NCBI GenBank assembly: GCA_031286165.1
Contig: JAITUU010000018.1
Location: 47,934 to 111,933, forward strand
Source of the DNA: Bacteroidales bacterium
GTDB taxonomy: Bacteria > Bacteroidota > Bacteroidia > Bacteroidales > UBA1715
DNA length: 64,000 nucleotides
Direction of reading: 5' to 3'
Shown: positions 25,517 to 35,500 of the stretch, piece by piece
Position numbering within the stretch: position 1 is the first letter of the stretch
Layout of the letters: every line of letters starts with the position of its first letter
The notes under the pieces: generated by a model
Seen by the model: only the letters and a program-made list of their open reading frames with translations
Told to the model about the DNA's origin: nothing
Database searches by the model: none
Program-made: the position numbers and the translations under genes

Positions 25517-27235
25517 ATGTTACAAAAAACACAAATAACCGGCTCCGAAGCACTTCTGCGCATATTGATAGAAGAGGGCGTTGATACCATTTTTGGCTAT
25601 CCGGGCGGACAAATTATTCCGGTATTCGATACCTTATACGATTTCAAAGACCAACTCAATCACATTCTCACTCGCCACGAGCAGGGCGCGGTACACGCTG
25701 CGCAAGGCTATGCGCGAGTGTCGGGCAAAGTGGGCGTGTGTTTTGCAACTTCGGGTCCGGGTGCTACCAACGTGATTACCGGCATAGGCGATGCCATGCT
25801 CGATAGCACACCGCTCATAGTAATTGCCGGACAGGTAGGCACTAATCTGCTCGGCACCGATGCCTTTCAGGAAATTGACGTGGTGGGCATTACCCAGCCA
25901 ATCACCAAATGGGCGTATCAAATTCGCCGCGCCGAAGACATTGCGTGGGCTTTGGCACGCGCGTTTTACATTGCCCGCAGTGGTCGCCCCGGTCCGGTGG
26001 TGCTCGATTTTACAAAAAATGCACAAGTGCAAAAAACCGATATTACTTACGAAGCCTGCGATTTTATTCGCAGTTATATTCCCGTGCCAAAAATCAGTGC
26101 CGAACAAATAGATGCCGCTGCCGCACTCATCAATGCTGCAAAAAAACCGTTGGCACTCGTGGGGCAAGGGGTAATTTTGAGCGGAGCGGAAGAAGAATTG
26201 AAGGCATTTTTGGAAAAAGCCGATATTCCTGCCGGAAATACCTTGCTCGGACTTTCGGCTCTACCTTCGGATTACAGGCTCAATAAAGGATTTTTGGGAA
26301 TGCACGGAAACATTGCGCTGAACGTAAAAACCAACGAAGCCGATGTCATTGTGGCTATCGGTATGCGATTTGACGACCGCGTTACCGGCGATTTGAGCAG
26401 ATACGCACGACAAGCAAAAATTATTCACATCGACATTGACCCTTCGGAAATCGGGAAAAATGTGCCGGTGGCTGTGCCGGTGCTTGGCGATGCAAAAGAG
26501 GCATTGGCTATTTTAACCCTCAAAGTGAACAATGCGGAACATGCGGAATGGATTTCTTCCTTCGACAAATATGCCGACATAGAATTTGAGCAAGTAATCA
26601 ATAAAGAAATTTACCCGAAAACGGGTGCCATTACTATGGGCGAAGTGGTGCGCAGAGTGTCGGAAGCCACCGAACACAAGGCTGTGCTTGTAACCGATGT
26701 AGGGCAAAATCAAATGATGGCATCGCGCTATTTCAAATTTTCGCAAACGCGCAGTGTAATCACTTCGGGAGGGTTGGGTACTATGGGATTTGGCATTCCT
26801 GCCGGCATGGGGGCAAAAATCGGTGCACCGGAACGCACCGTGTGTCTATTCTGCGGCGATGGCGGATTTCAAATGACCATGCAGGAATTGGGAACAATTA
26901 TGCAGGAAAACATCGGTTTGAAAATGATTGTTATGAATAATCAATATTTAGGTATGGTGCGCCAATGGCAAGAGTTGTTTTACGATGAACGCTATTCATT
27001 TACCGACATGGTAAATCCGCACTTTACCATGATAGCCAAAGCCTACGGCATAGGCACAAGCGAAGTAAGCAAACGCGAGGATTTGGACACTGCCATTGCC
27101 GATATGCTCAAAGACGACAAACCCTACCTGCTGGTAGTAAATGTAGAACAAAAGGGATTGGTGTATCCTATGGTACCTGCCGGCGCGGGCGTTACCGATA
27201 TTATTACGCCACAAGGAAAACTACAAGTACAATAA
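25517..27235 (+). CDS. ilvB: acetolactate synthase (acetohydroxy-acid synthase) large subunit
   Basis: 572 aa. ThDP-enzyme blocks GYPGGQIIPVFD, ATSGPGATNVITG, and the ThDP-binding GDGGFQM...NN motif. Confidence 0.95.
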   Translation: MLQKTQITGSEALLRILIEEGVDTIFGYPGGQIIPVFDTLYDFKDQLNHILTRHEQGAVHAAQGYARVSGKVGVCFATSGPGATNVITGIGDAMLDSTPLIVIAGQVGTNLLGTDAFQEIDVVGITQPITKWAYQIRRAEDIAWALARAFYIARSGRPGPVVLDFTKNAQVQKTDITYEACDFIRSYIPVPKISAEQIDAAAALINAAKKPLALVGQGVILSGAEEELKAFLEKADIPAGNTLLGLSALPSDYRLNKGFLGMHGNIALNVKTNEADVIVAIGMRFDDRVTGDLSRYARQAKIIHIDIDPSEIGKNVPVAVPVLGDAKEALAILTLKVNNAEHAEWISSFDKYADIEFEQVINKEIYPKTGAITMGEVVRRVSEATEHKAVLVTDVGQNQMMASRYFKFSQTRSVITSGGLGTMGFGIPAGMGAKIGAPERTVCLFCGDGGFQMTMQELGTIMQENIGLKMIVMNNQYLGMVRQWQELFYDERYSFTDMVNPHFTMIAKAYGIGTSEVSKREDLDTAIADMLKDDKPYLLVVNVEQKGLVYPMVPAGAGVTDIITPQGKLQVQ

Positions 27236-27249
27236 CAAATAACTGAATT

Positions 27250-27792
27250 ATGCCAACACAACAAAGCACTTTATACACCATTACCGTGTTTTCAGAAAAT
27301 ACGGTGGGATTGCTCAATCAAATTACCGTGATTTTTACCCGCAGGGGTATCAATATTGAAACACTTTCGGTGTCGCCTTCGGCTCTCGAAGGGATTCATA
27401 AATTTACCATTACCGTATTTTGCACCAAAGATATGGTAGAAAAAATTGTACAACAAATAGATAAACGCATCGACATTATCAAAGCCTATTACAATACAGA
27501 CGATGAATTGGTATTCCAAGAAATTGCCATGTACAAAATTGCCAGCGACAAATTGCTGCAATATGGTAATATAGAGGAACTTATACGCCGTTACAATATT
27601 CGCATTCTCGATATTAACGAAACTTTTGCTGTGCTCGAAAAAACCGGTCATTATGCCGAAACACAAGGACTTTTCAACGATTTACAGGAAATTTTCGGTG
27701 TGAGTGTGTTGCAGTTCATTCGTTCGGGGCGCATAGCCATTACCAAATCGAAGGTGGAGCGATTAAACGATATGCTCAAGTCGAGGAATTAA
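27250..27792 (+). CDS. ilvN: acetolactate synthase small (regulatory) subunit
   Basis: ACT-domain start LYTITVFSENTVGLLNQITVIFTRRGINIETLSVS. 180 aa, directly after ilvB. Confidence 0.9.
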   Translation: MPTQQSTLYTITVFSENTVGLLNQITVIFTRRGINIETLSVSPSALEGIHKFTITVFCTKDMVEKIVQQIDKRIDIIKAYYNTDDELVFQEIAMYKIASDKLLQYGNIEELIRRYNIRILDINETFAVLEKTGHYAETQGLFNDLQEIFGVSVLQFIRSGRIAITKSKVERLNDMLKSRN

Positions 27793-27803
27793 AAAATAGG
27801 GCA

Positions 27804-27839
27804 CAAAAAAAGCACTTACGGTTGTAAGTGCTTTTTTTG
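27804..27839. terminator. bidirectional rho-independent terminator (ilvN / tRNA-Asn)
   Basis: agcacttac (27811-27819), ggtt loop, gtaagtgct (27824-27832), flanked by an A-run on the left and a T-run on the right. Confidence 0.8.
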
Positions 27840-27843
27840 TATG

Positions 27844-27917
27844 CTCCCGAAACTGGACTTGAACCAGTGACCCTCTGATTAACAGTCAGATGCTCTAACC
27901 AACTGAGCTATTCGGGA
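27844..27917 (-). tRNA. tRNA-Asn (anticodon GTT)
   Basis: The reverse complement folds as a cloverleaf: acceptor TCCCGAA/TTCGGGA (7 bp), D arm GCTC-AGTTGGTTA-GAGC, anticodon arm TCTGA-CTGTTAA-TCAGA (anticodon GTT), T arm ACTGG-TTCAAGT-CCAGT, discriminator G. No CCA is encoded. Confidence 0.9.
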
Positions 27918-27943
27918 ATAAAGGTTGCTTTTGAAAAGCAGGG

Positions 27944-27951
27944 CAAAGATA
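27944..27951 (-). promoter_or_regulatory. candidate -7 promoter box for tRNA-Asn
   Basis: Plus-strand caaagata is TATCTTTG on the minus strand, 26 nt upstream of the tRNA 5' end. Confidence 0.4.
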
Positions 27952-28059
27952 GATATTTTTTTAAAACTTCATAGTGATTTCACGCTTTTTTTGTGTTTTT
28001 TGTTACAATTTTTTGCAAAATATTGATTTTCAATACGTGGAAAATAGCGCACGCAGACA

Positions 28060-28617
28060 TTATTTCACTATTTTGTAACTCAAACCAAAACTTATGGCAT
28101 TGTTGTGGAATTGATTGTTCAACCGCGCCATGCTATACATAAACCGTGCATCGGCAGCCAAGCGACCGCCTATACGCACTTCGGCACCTGCTATAATAGG
28201 AAAATCCCATGTGCCGTAGTCGTCTGATTCTTGTTTTACGTTGTAGGTGGTGGTGTTTTCAAAAACTTTCACCGCCGCTGCCATGCCCAACTGCGCATAC
28301 AATGGCAAAAAGAATAACTTTTGTGAAAAAATCAGCGGAATTTCAGCGTAGCCAATGGAAGAGCGAACGTTGCCATCGCTACTGCGAGCACCGCGCCCGG
28401 TGTAATTGATTTCGAGTTGCGCCGCCCATCTGCCCGAATCGAAGGCTCGCTGCACAAACAATCCGCCGTAGGGACTAAATTTGTTGTAACCACCCATGCC
28501 ATCGCCGTCTATTTGCGAAGTTACGCCGCCGCCGCGTATGCCGCCGCTGAAATTTTGCGCCCAGAGCGCGGAAGTGCAAAATACTGTTGCACAAAGAAGT
28601 GTTGTAATTGTTTTCAT
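28060..28617 (-). CDS. small outer-membrane beta-barrel (porin-family) protein
   Basis: Signal peptide MKTITTLLCATVFCTSALWAQ, then alternating hydrophobic beta-strand pattern with aromatic girdle residues. 185 aa. Confidence 0.6.
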   Translation of the reverse strand: MKTITTLLCATVFCTSALWAQNFSGGIRGGGVTSQIDGDGMGGYNKFSPYGGLFVQRAFDSGRWAAQLEINYTGRGARSSDGNVRSSIGYAEIPLIFSQKLFFLPLYAQLGMAAAVKVFENTTTYNVKQESDDYGTWDFPIIAGAEVRIGGRLAADARFMYSMARLNNQFHNNAISFGLSYKIVK

Positions 28618-28639
28618 ATTGATACGTGTTTAGTAATTA

Positions 28640-29062
28640 TCATTCCCAAATTAATTTTGTTCCAAATCCGAGCGTGTTGTCGGTCAATTTTGCGTAATCA
28701 ATGTGCACACGCCACAGCGAAGTGTTCATGAGTGCGGCATAAGGAAATTTTTTGAGGTAGATTTTTTGCGCATCGTTCAAATCATTGCCTTCGCACAAAA
28801 TCATAGTGCCGGTAATTTGCAATCCTTGAATTTTGCCCACTATGCGCGTTTCGAGCACTATACTTACTGCCACGCGGCTATTGTGCAATGCGTGTTGGGC
28901 GTGCGTTGTGCCGGTATCGCTCGAAAACACGAGTGAATGTGTTGCCGTATCGAAGGCGTAAAAACAGTTGGCACACCATGCTTTATTTTCGGCAGAAGTA
29001 GCCAATGTGAGCACGTGATGTTTTCGTATAAAATCTGCTATTTTTTTCGGAAATTCAGTCAT
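28640..29062 (-). CDS. pyridoxamine 5'-phosphate oxidase-fold protein (YhbP/UPF0306-like)
   Basis: 140 aa. HHVLTLATS...WCANCFYAF...LVF.S...T.H and a GLQITG block reminiscent of the YhbP family. Confidence 0.65.
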   Translation of the reverse strand: MTEFPKKIADFIRKHHVLTLATSAENKAWCANCFYAFDTATHSLVFSSDTGTTHAQHALHNSRVAVSIVLETRIVGKIQGLQITGTMILCEGNDLNDAQKIYLKKFPYAALMNTSLWRVHIDYAKLTDNTLGFGTKLIWE

Positions 29063-29066
29063 ACAT

Positions 29067-29098
29067 TTAGTGGTTAGTTGTTAGTGATTAGTTATTAA
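29067..29098. repeat. tandem heptamer array TTAGTGG TTAGTTG TTAGTGA TTAGTTA TTAA
   Basis: Period-7 units read directly. It starts 4 nt upstream of the minus-strand start codon (29060-29062). 25/28 identical to 37886-37913. Confidence 0.75.
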
Positions 29099-29167
29099 TG
29101 CTGAGCAATAAAACGCTTCGTTGATACATGCCTGCGGCGATACATTCTTTTTGTATCCATGTTTACT

Positions 29168-29216
29168 GTGTCTTGTATCTTGTGCCTCAATTCTCATCTT
29201 TCAATTTTCAACTATT
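29168..29216. repeat. tandem degenerate heptamers GTGTCTT GTATCTT GTGCCTC AATTCTC ATCTTTC AATTTTC AACTATT
   Basis: Read directly from the sequence, period 7. It abuts the stop codon of the BamA-like gene. Confidence 0.6.
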
Positions 29217-31533
29217 AAAATGGGTAGCCTATGGCAAAGGTGAGGTTCCAATCGTTGCCGGTGAGTGGGCGGCTGCCCCAAATAAACGATGTGTGGGCAC
29301 CCGGCACAGTGAATGGTTCTTTTACTTTCAAGCCCAAATCGAAACGCAGCAGCAAGAACGATAAATCCATGCGCAAGCCGAATCCGGTACCTATGGCTAT
29401 TTGTTTAAAAAACGATTTTGCAAAAAATTCCGCCCCGTCCATGCTGCTATTGTGCCAACTCCAAATGTTTCCTGCATCTACAAAAAATGCGCCATTGAAA
29501 ATCCAAAACATGGGAAATCGGGTTTCAAAATTTGCTTCCAATTTTACATCGCCCAAGTAGTATTTGAGCGTTTCGGTGGTGTCGTTAAATGCTCCCGGAC
29601 CAAGCGTGCGGCTTGCCCATGCACGCATACTGCTTGCTCCACCGGCATAGAATTTTTTCACACTTGGTAAACCTTCGGAATTTCCGTAGGGAATGGCAAC
29701 GCCGGCATACATACGATACACGTTCATTACCGTTTGCGAAAAGGGTTGAAAAAAGCGGTAATCGCCTTCAAATTTCACGTATTGTGCGAATTTTGTTCCA
29801 AACATTTCGTAACTGCCGCTTTCGTTGGTGGGAGCATTGGCGAGTTTGAAGATTGTCGCCATAATATTTCCGGCAGGTTCCACATAGAATTTAAAATATT
29901 TGTAATTGCGCACGCTGTTGCCCAGTGGTTTATTGAAATAGGTGTAGGAATAGTTGGAATTGTAAATCAAATAATCCTCGAAACTGTATTTGTAGTAACT
30001 TTTATTATTCAAAAAATCCAAAAATCGCTGCGATTCGTTGGAGTAATTAATGTAACTAATGTCGATGGGATTGAGAAGATGCTGCGTGTAGCGGTCGGCG
30101 TTCCATTTGTAGCCGAAACTAATTTGCGAAGTGGGGCGGGTAAAATCCACTGTTTTATTAATATTATAGGCTGCACGAATGGTGGTAAACGGCGTGTAGC
30201 GCGTGTCCATTTTGGGTTTTATGGGCGAAAGAAAATTCGGAATTTCAAGTCCTACCTCAAGTCCCAATTCGTAGGTGTTGAAGAAGGGATTTCGTCCGTC
30301 AGGATTGCGCAGTGCGCGATTGTTTCCACCCATGGTGCGAGTACGAATGTAGAAATTTTCGGCACCGCGAAAAATATTCTTATGTCCGTAATTGAGAGTA
30401 ATGCCTGCACCCCAATCGCCGCTGGTGGTGGTTCCCTCTATTTCCATACCCAGCGACTGCACGGCAAACGGCGAAAGTTGTATGCGGCAATCCACTTCGC
30501 CATAGCGAGTGCTATCGGGCTTTTGCGTTTCAGCAAAGGTTATGGTGCTGAGTTTGAAAAGTTTAAATTGACTTAATTGCCGTTGCATGCGGTCCACTGT
30601 CATGCTGCTGTACCAATCACCGGGGTGAATGGTATTAATTCTATCTATCACCACCGGACGCAAAAAACGCGGATTGTGCGAAAGAAAATACACCGAATCG
30701 CGCAGGCGCAGGGTGTCGTAGTGCGGCGTGGCAAAGGCATCACTCGGATTGAAATCGGGGAATACAAACACATTGCCTATGCGGTATTTGCGGTACAGCC
30801 CTTGCGCATCGGCAGAATTGGGGCGTATGCTCACTTCCAAATGCACATCATTGTAACCTCGCGAAGTATCGGCAGCAAAAAACACATTGTCGGCAGTGAA
30901 ACCAAAATAACCGGCGGAAGTTATGCGGCGTGCTATGCGCTGCTGCTCGTTTTGCAACAGTTGCATATCTAACACCATAGGCGCAGTCAATGCCGCCGGT
31001 GCATTGGCGCGGCGTTGTTTTATGAGCGCGAGCAAATTACTGTCGGGCACGGCGTAATTAATGTAGCGAATCATGTATTGATTGCCTGTGCTAATGGTAT
31101 AGCGCACGCGCACTTTATTGTTGCGCCGTCCGCGCGTGTGCGTGTGCGATGTTATGGTAGGAGAATAAAATCCCCTGTCGTTCAAGTAAATGCGAAATTG
31201 CTCGCGGCTGCCTTCGGTAGCAAGTGAATCGTAATACACGGGTGCTTCACCGAAGGTTTCGCGCAACCATGAAGGAAATCGCCGCTGCGAATTTTCTGTT
31301 TTTAAATATATCCACGCACCGGTGCGGAAAAATAAGGTGCGGCGATTGGGTTTTTGCACCACATAACTGCTCAGTTCGTCTTTATTCACTCGGCGATTAT
31401 CTATGGTGAAAGAATTTTTTACAAGTAATTTTTTGTCGGCAGGAATTTTACCGGTAATCACACACTGCGAAAAACAAAGCAAGCACAGACTTACATAGAA
31501 TAGGGGTTGAAAAAAAAGAAACGCCTTGTGCAT
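29215..31533 (-). CDS. BamA/TamA (Omp85) family outer-membrane protein
   Basis: 772 aa. N-terminal signal-like segment, POTRA-like N-terminal half, C-terminal surface-antigen (D15) barrel ending in ...NLTFAIGYPF (aromatic C-terminal beta-signal). Confidence 0.75.
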   Translation of the reverse strand: MHKAFLFFQPLFYVSLCLLCFSQCVITGKIPADKKLLVKNSFTIDNRRVNKDELSSYVVQKPNRRTLFFRTGAWIYLKTENSQRRFPSWLRETFGEAPVYYDSLATEGSREQFRIYLNDRGFYSPTITSHTHTRGRRNNKVRVRYTISTGNQYMIRYINYAVPDSNLLALIKQRRANAPAALTAPMVLDMQLLQNEQQRIARRITSAGYFGFTADNVFFAADTSRGYNDVHLEVSIRPNSADAQGLYRKYRIGNVFVFPDFNPSDAFATPHYDTLRLRDSVYFLSHNPRFLRPVVIDRINTIHPGDWYSSMTVDRMQRQLSQFKLFKLSTITFAETQKPDSTRYGEVDCRIQLSPFAVQSLGMEIEGTTTSGDWGAGITLNYGHKNIFRGAENFYIRTRTMGGNNRALRNPDGRNPFFNTYELGLEVGLEIPNFLSPIKPKMDTRYTPFTTIRAAYNINKTVDFTRPTSQISFGYKWNADRYTQHLLNPIDISYINYSNESQRFLDFLNNKSYYKYSFEDYLIYNSNYSYTYFNKPLGNSVRNYKYFKFYVEPAGNIMATIFKLANAPTNESGSYEMFGTKFAQYVKFEGDYRFFQPFSQTVMNVYRMYAGVAIPYGNSEGLPSVKKFYAGGASSMRAWASRTLGPGAFNDTTETLKYYLGDVKLEANFETRFPMFWIFNGAFFVDAGNIWSWHNSSMDGAEFFAKSFFKQIAIGTGFGLRMDLSFLLLRFDLGLKVKEPFTVPGAHTSFIWGSRPLTGNDWNLTFAIGYPF

Positions 31534-31555
31534 AAAATATCGTAAATTTACACCA

Positions 31556-31563
31556 CAAAAGTA
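31556..31563 (-). promoter_or_regulatory. candidate -7 promoter box (minus strand)
   Basis: Plus-strand caaaagta is TACTTTTG on the minus strand, 22 nt upstream of ATG 31533. Confidence 0.45.
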
Positions 31564-31631
31564 AAAAAATAAATGGCATATATTACAAAAATTACGATAT
31601 TTGCAGTTGAAACTCTCGTGCTCAAATTTCT

Positions 31632-32204
31632 ATGGTACAAAAAAAGAAAGACCTTGTAATAATTGGCGGACCAAACGGTTCGGGCAAAACTACCTTTACC
31701 CGTAGTTTTTTGGATAAACACCCCATGCCCTGCTTGAATGCCGATGAAATTGCAAAAAAACTCAACCCCGAAGATATGAGCAAAGTGAGCATTAGTGCCG
31801 GAAAAGTTTTTTTCAAAAATTTGCGCAAATACAAAGAATCGGGCGAAAGTTTACTCATAGAAAGCACGCTTTCGGGTGCGTATTTGAATAAATTAATACC
31901 CGAATTTAAAGCCGAAGGCTACGATATTATGATGGTGTATGTGTTTTTATATTCACCGGTGGTGTGCATAGAACGCATTAAAGAGCGCGTGCTCAAAGGT
32001 GGACATTTTGTGCCCGATAAAGACGTTATTCGCCGCTATTACCGCAGTAAAGAGAATTTTTGGAATGTGTATAAAAACGAGTGCGATAAATGGTTTTTGA
32101 TGTACAACTCCGAAAATAAATTTATAGAAGTGGCGTTTGGAATAAAAGAACAATTTTCTGTGAAAAATCAAGAATATTTTAATAAATTTGTAGAACAATT
32201 TTAA
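31632..32204 (+). CDS. zeta-toxin-like P-loop kinase (COG4185-type)
   Basis: Walker A IIGGPNGSGKTT, Asp in CLNADEIAKKL, LIESTLSG, and the ERIKERVLKGGHFVPDKDVIRRYYRS block typical of zeta-toxin/AAA_33-like kinases. 190 aa. Confidence 0.7.
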   Translation: MVQKKKDLVIIGGPNGSGKTTFTRSFLDKHPMPCLNADEIAKKLNPEDMSKVSISAGKVFFKNLRKYKESGESLLIESTLSGAYLNKLIPEFKAEGYDIMMVYVFLYSPVVCIERIKERVLKGGHFVPDKDVIRRYYRSKENFWNVYKNECDKWFLMYNSENKFIEVAFGIKEQFSVKNQEYFNKFVEQF

Positions 32205-32221
32205 AACGATAGTGTGTAGTT

Positions 32222-32428
32222 ATGGAAGTAAAACAATTTGCTGATTTGAACTTATATTTGAAAGGATTTGAAATAGAATCCATTGGAAATCAAGCAGTAC
32301 GCAAAGCACAAGAAGAAAGTCGCGAAAAAGGTATTCCCTTAGTATATTCGGTGGACGGAAAAATTTATTACGAACTTGCCGATGGCACCGTAACTACCAA
32401 TAGCCCTTTTAAAAATGATAAAGGGTGA
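32222..32428 (+). CDS. small hypothetical protein, possible cognate partner of the zeta-like kinase
   Basis: 68-aa ORF 17 nt downstream of the kinase gene (MEVKQFADLNLYLKGFEIESIGNQAVRKAQEESREKGIPLVYSVDGKIYYELADGTV...). No family recognised. Confidence 0.4.
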   Translation: MEVKQFADLNLYLKGFEIESIGNQAVRKAQEESREKGIPLVYSVDGKIYYELADGTVTTNSPFKNDKG

Positions 32429-32503
32429 GGCGCAGAAAAAATGTCGTACACATACGATATTAACAAAAAATCCGTTTCAATAAAAATATTTAGAATTATA
32501 TCA

Positions 32504-35500
32504 ATGAAAAAACTCACACTTATAGCAAGTGCGCTGGCAGGTGCGCTATGTGTAAGCGCACAGCAAGCAATACAAATTACGGTAGATATAAAATCCGATG
32601 TGCACGCAATTAGCCCGTATATTTATGGTGCAAACGATGCTACCAATGTAGCCACAGCCATTCGCTGGGGTGGAAATCGCACGAGTGCATATAATTGGGA
32701 AACCAACGCATCGAATGCGGGAAAAGATTGGGGTCCACACAAGTCCGATAATTTTTTCGGAACCGAAGCGCAAGGACCGGCAGCACCTATTTTGAATATG
32801 GTGCAAACTGCAAAATCAAGAGGACAATACGCTTTGGTTACACTGCAAGCCTTGGGTTATGTGGCTGCCGATTTTAACGGAAATGTTTCAAGCACAGAAA
32901 AAGCACCAAGCAACCGCTGGAATGAGGTAAAATTCCGAAAAGTTGATGAAAATGGGAATCAACTACCACTGAGCCTCACTCCCGACAAAACTGACGGCGT
33001 GGTATATACCGATGAAGAAATTAATTTTTTAATCAACAAACTCGGCACGGTGGGCAGAGGTGGCATTGATGCCTTTGCCATTGACAATGAACCGGCACTG
33101 TGGAGTACTACTCATCCGTATGCACACTCTACAGCGTTGAAACCCGAAGAATTGTTTGCAAAAACCGAAGGTGTAGCATCGGTAGTAAAAGAATTTGCGC
33201 CTCATGCAGAAATCTTTGGTCCTATGTATTATGGATTTCGCGATGCATATTTAACACCGTCTTATGGTGTCGATACATATTTGCAAAACGCAAAAGCACT
33301 TGAAGAAAAATATGGCAAACGATTGGTAGATGTTCTTGCTATTCATTGGTATCCCGAAGATAGAGCAAATGGCAATCGTATTGTAAACATTGAAGGAGGT
33401 AGTTACAACCTTAGCACCCCCGAAATGATAAAAGCCCGCTTGCACGCTCCGCGCGAGATGTGGGACCCTACTGCTACACAAAATGCAAGCGCATATCCCA
33501 GAGCCGGTGATATGCGACCGGTTTTAGTACGATTGAAAAATTCTGTAAACACCTACTACCCCGGAACAAAAATAGCATTTACCGAATTTAAGTTCGATGC
33601 CGAAAATCACTTTTCGGGTGGATTAGCACTTGTAGATGTACTCGGCGTTTTTGGGCGTGAAGGAGTGTATATGGCGTGCAAATGGGACGAAATTCGTGAT
33701 AATTATGCCACGGCAGCCTACAATTTATACCGCAACTACGATGGCAATGGTTCTACCTTCGGCGAAACTTCGGTGCGTGCACTTACAACACACAACGACA
33801 CTATTTCTACTGTGGCATCGCTCGATGAACAGGGAAATTTGCACATTATGGTGGTAAATAAGCAAGATGCTCCGCAAACGATTACCTATAATCTGCCTCA
33901 TGGACTTTTTGTGAGCGGTAGGTCCTTTGGTTTCGATGCCACAAGCAGTACAATTACAGAACGTGAGGCAATTACTGCGATTAAAAACAATGCGTTTCCC
34001 TACACTGTTTCTGCATATTCGGCTACACACATTGTGTTGCAAGCCGCTGAACAAACCAAACTTGTTCACGCCGTAATTCCTGCCGACAATGCACAGACAG
34101 TGGTGCTTACTTTCGATTCGGGAATTACCGAAACTACCGAAACCCTACTGCCAAATTTTACTATTCTGCGCGAAGACGGTACTCCTGTTGAGTTTTCTTC
34201 AGTTTTGCAAACTGCCGCAAATCAACTCACAATAAGCGTTGATTATACCTTCCTTGCCGAAGATACGTTGTGTACCATTGGCTACGAAGGATTTAATTTT
34301 TTAGGAAAATCCGATTCCCCGATACATGATTTCGATAATGTGTTTATCAAAAATCTATTAGTTGGGGCTCCTGCATTTTTGTATGATGCTTCGGTCAATT
34401 ACAACGGAAAAATAATTACTGTAAATGCTTCAAAAACTGTTACTCCACAAGAATTAGAATTTATCAAAAATAACGAAATTTTTGAACCACTCTCTATTCA
34501 ACAAAACCCGAACAACGAATACCAATATTTTGTATCGGTAAACCCACGCATTACTCGATTCGACACCGTGCAAGTGAATTATGGTAGTAATTCGGCACTC
34601 ATTATCAAGCAAGGACCTTACGATTCACCGATATTCGATTCCATTGTAATTCGCGATAATTTTACCATATATGCCTATCCCAGTGCCGAATTAGTTGCTG
34701 TGGATTTCAATACAGCAGGATTCCGTGTGCAAGAATACGAAAAAGAATTAGAAATTTCTTCGGTTACATATCTTAGTAATAAACTTGCAATAACACTTAC
34801 CGACACACTATGGAGTAGCAAAAATTACACGCTCCACTATACCGATACCGACATAATACAAAGTCGCAAAGGTGGGTATATGAACGATATTATGGGGCAA
34901 GAGATTGTAAATAATCTAAAAATAGAACCTTCGCCGGTAATTATTGGTACACAAAAAGTAAAAATAGAAATAGAAGATTATTCTTTTATACGAAGTACCA
35001 CCGCAAAATTGGAAAAATGTAATGACAAAGATGATGCTGGTTTCCAATTCGGGTTCGTAGGGCGCGGCAATATGTTTGCCTACATGGTTGATGTAGCACA
35101 AGCAGGTAAATACACTCTGTTGCTCCGACACAGCAACACCGGAGGTTATATGCAAATTTCCACCGGTGAAAACGACTACGAACTATATGTTCCTTCGGGA
35201 AGTTGGTCAAACTCTGCACTAACCATTGATTTACAAACAGGAAAACAATGGATTGTTTTCACCACAATTACCGCAACGCCAAATCTCAACTATTTTGAAA
35301 TAAGCAAAGGCGATGCACCAAGTAGTGCAATAGTAACAAAAACACAAATTCAGCGTGCCGATAAAAGCAAGGTGATACTATCATACAATCGCTTGATAGA
35401 AACACTCCCTCTTCCAAGTGAATTTACTGCAACAATCAATGGCACGCCCATAGAAATTCTCTCTATTGACTATGTGCTACCTTCCGACAAAACACAACTA

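Noticed and set aside
27804-28059. tRNA-Asn as an integration hotspot for a genomic island
   Set aside because: There is no integrase, no duplicated tRNA 3' fragment (att-like direct repeat) and no obvious foreign block next to the tRNA. The 3' side runs straight into the ilvN terminator.
29231-31409. Plus-strand ORFs 29231-29560, 29734-30576, 30577-30972 and others opposite the BamA-like gene
   Set aside because: The minus strand carries a complete Omp85-type protein ending in an aromatic beta-signal. The plus-strand ORFs have no start context (-7 box) or motifs.
31573-31659. 28-codon ORF (MAYITKITIFAVETLVLKFLWYKKRKTL) overlapping the zeta-like kinase start, as the expected upstream antitoxin
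   Set aside because: It is very short and hydrophobic, with no resemblance to epsilon/PezA-type antitoxins. It probably arises by chance in the promoter region. It is kept only as a remote alternative.
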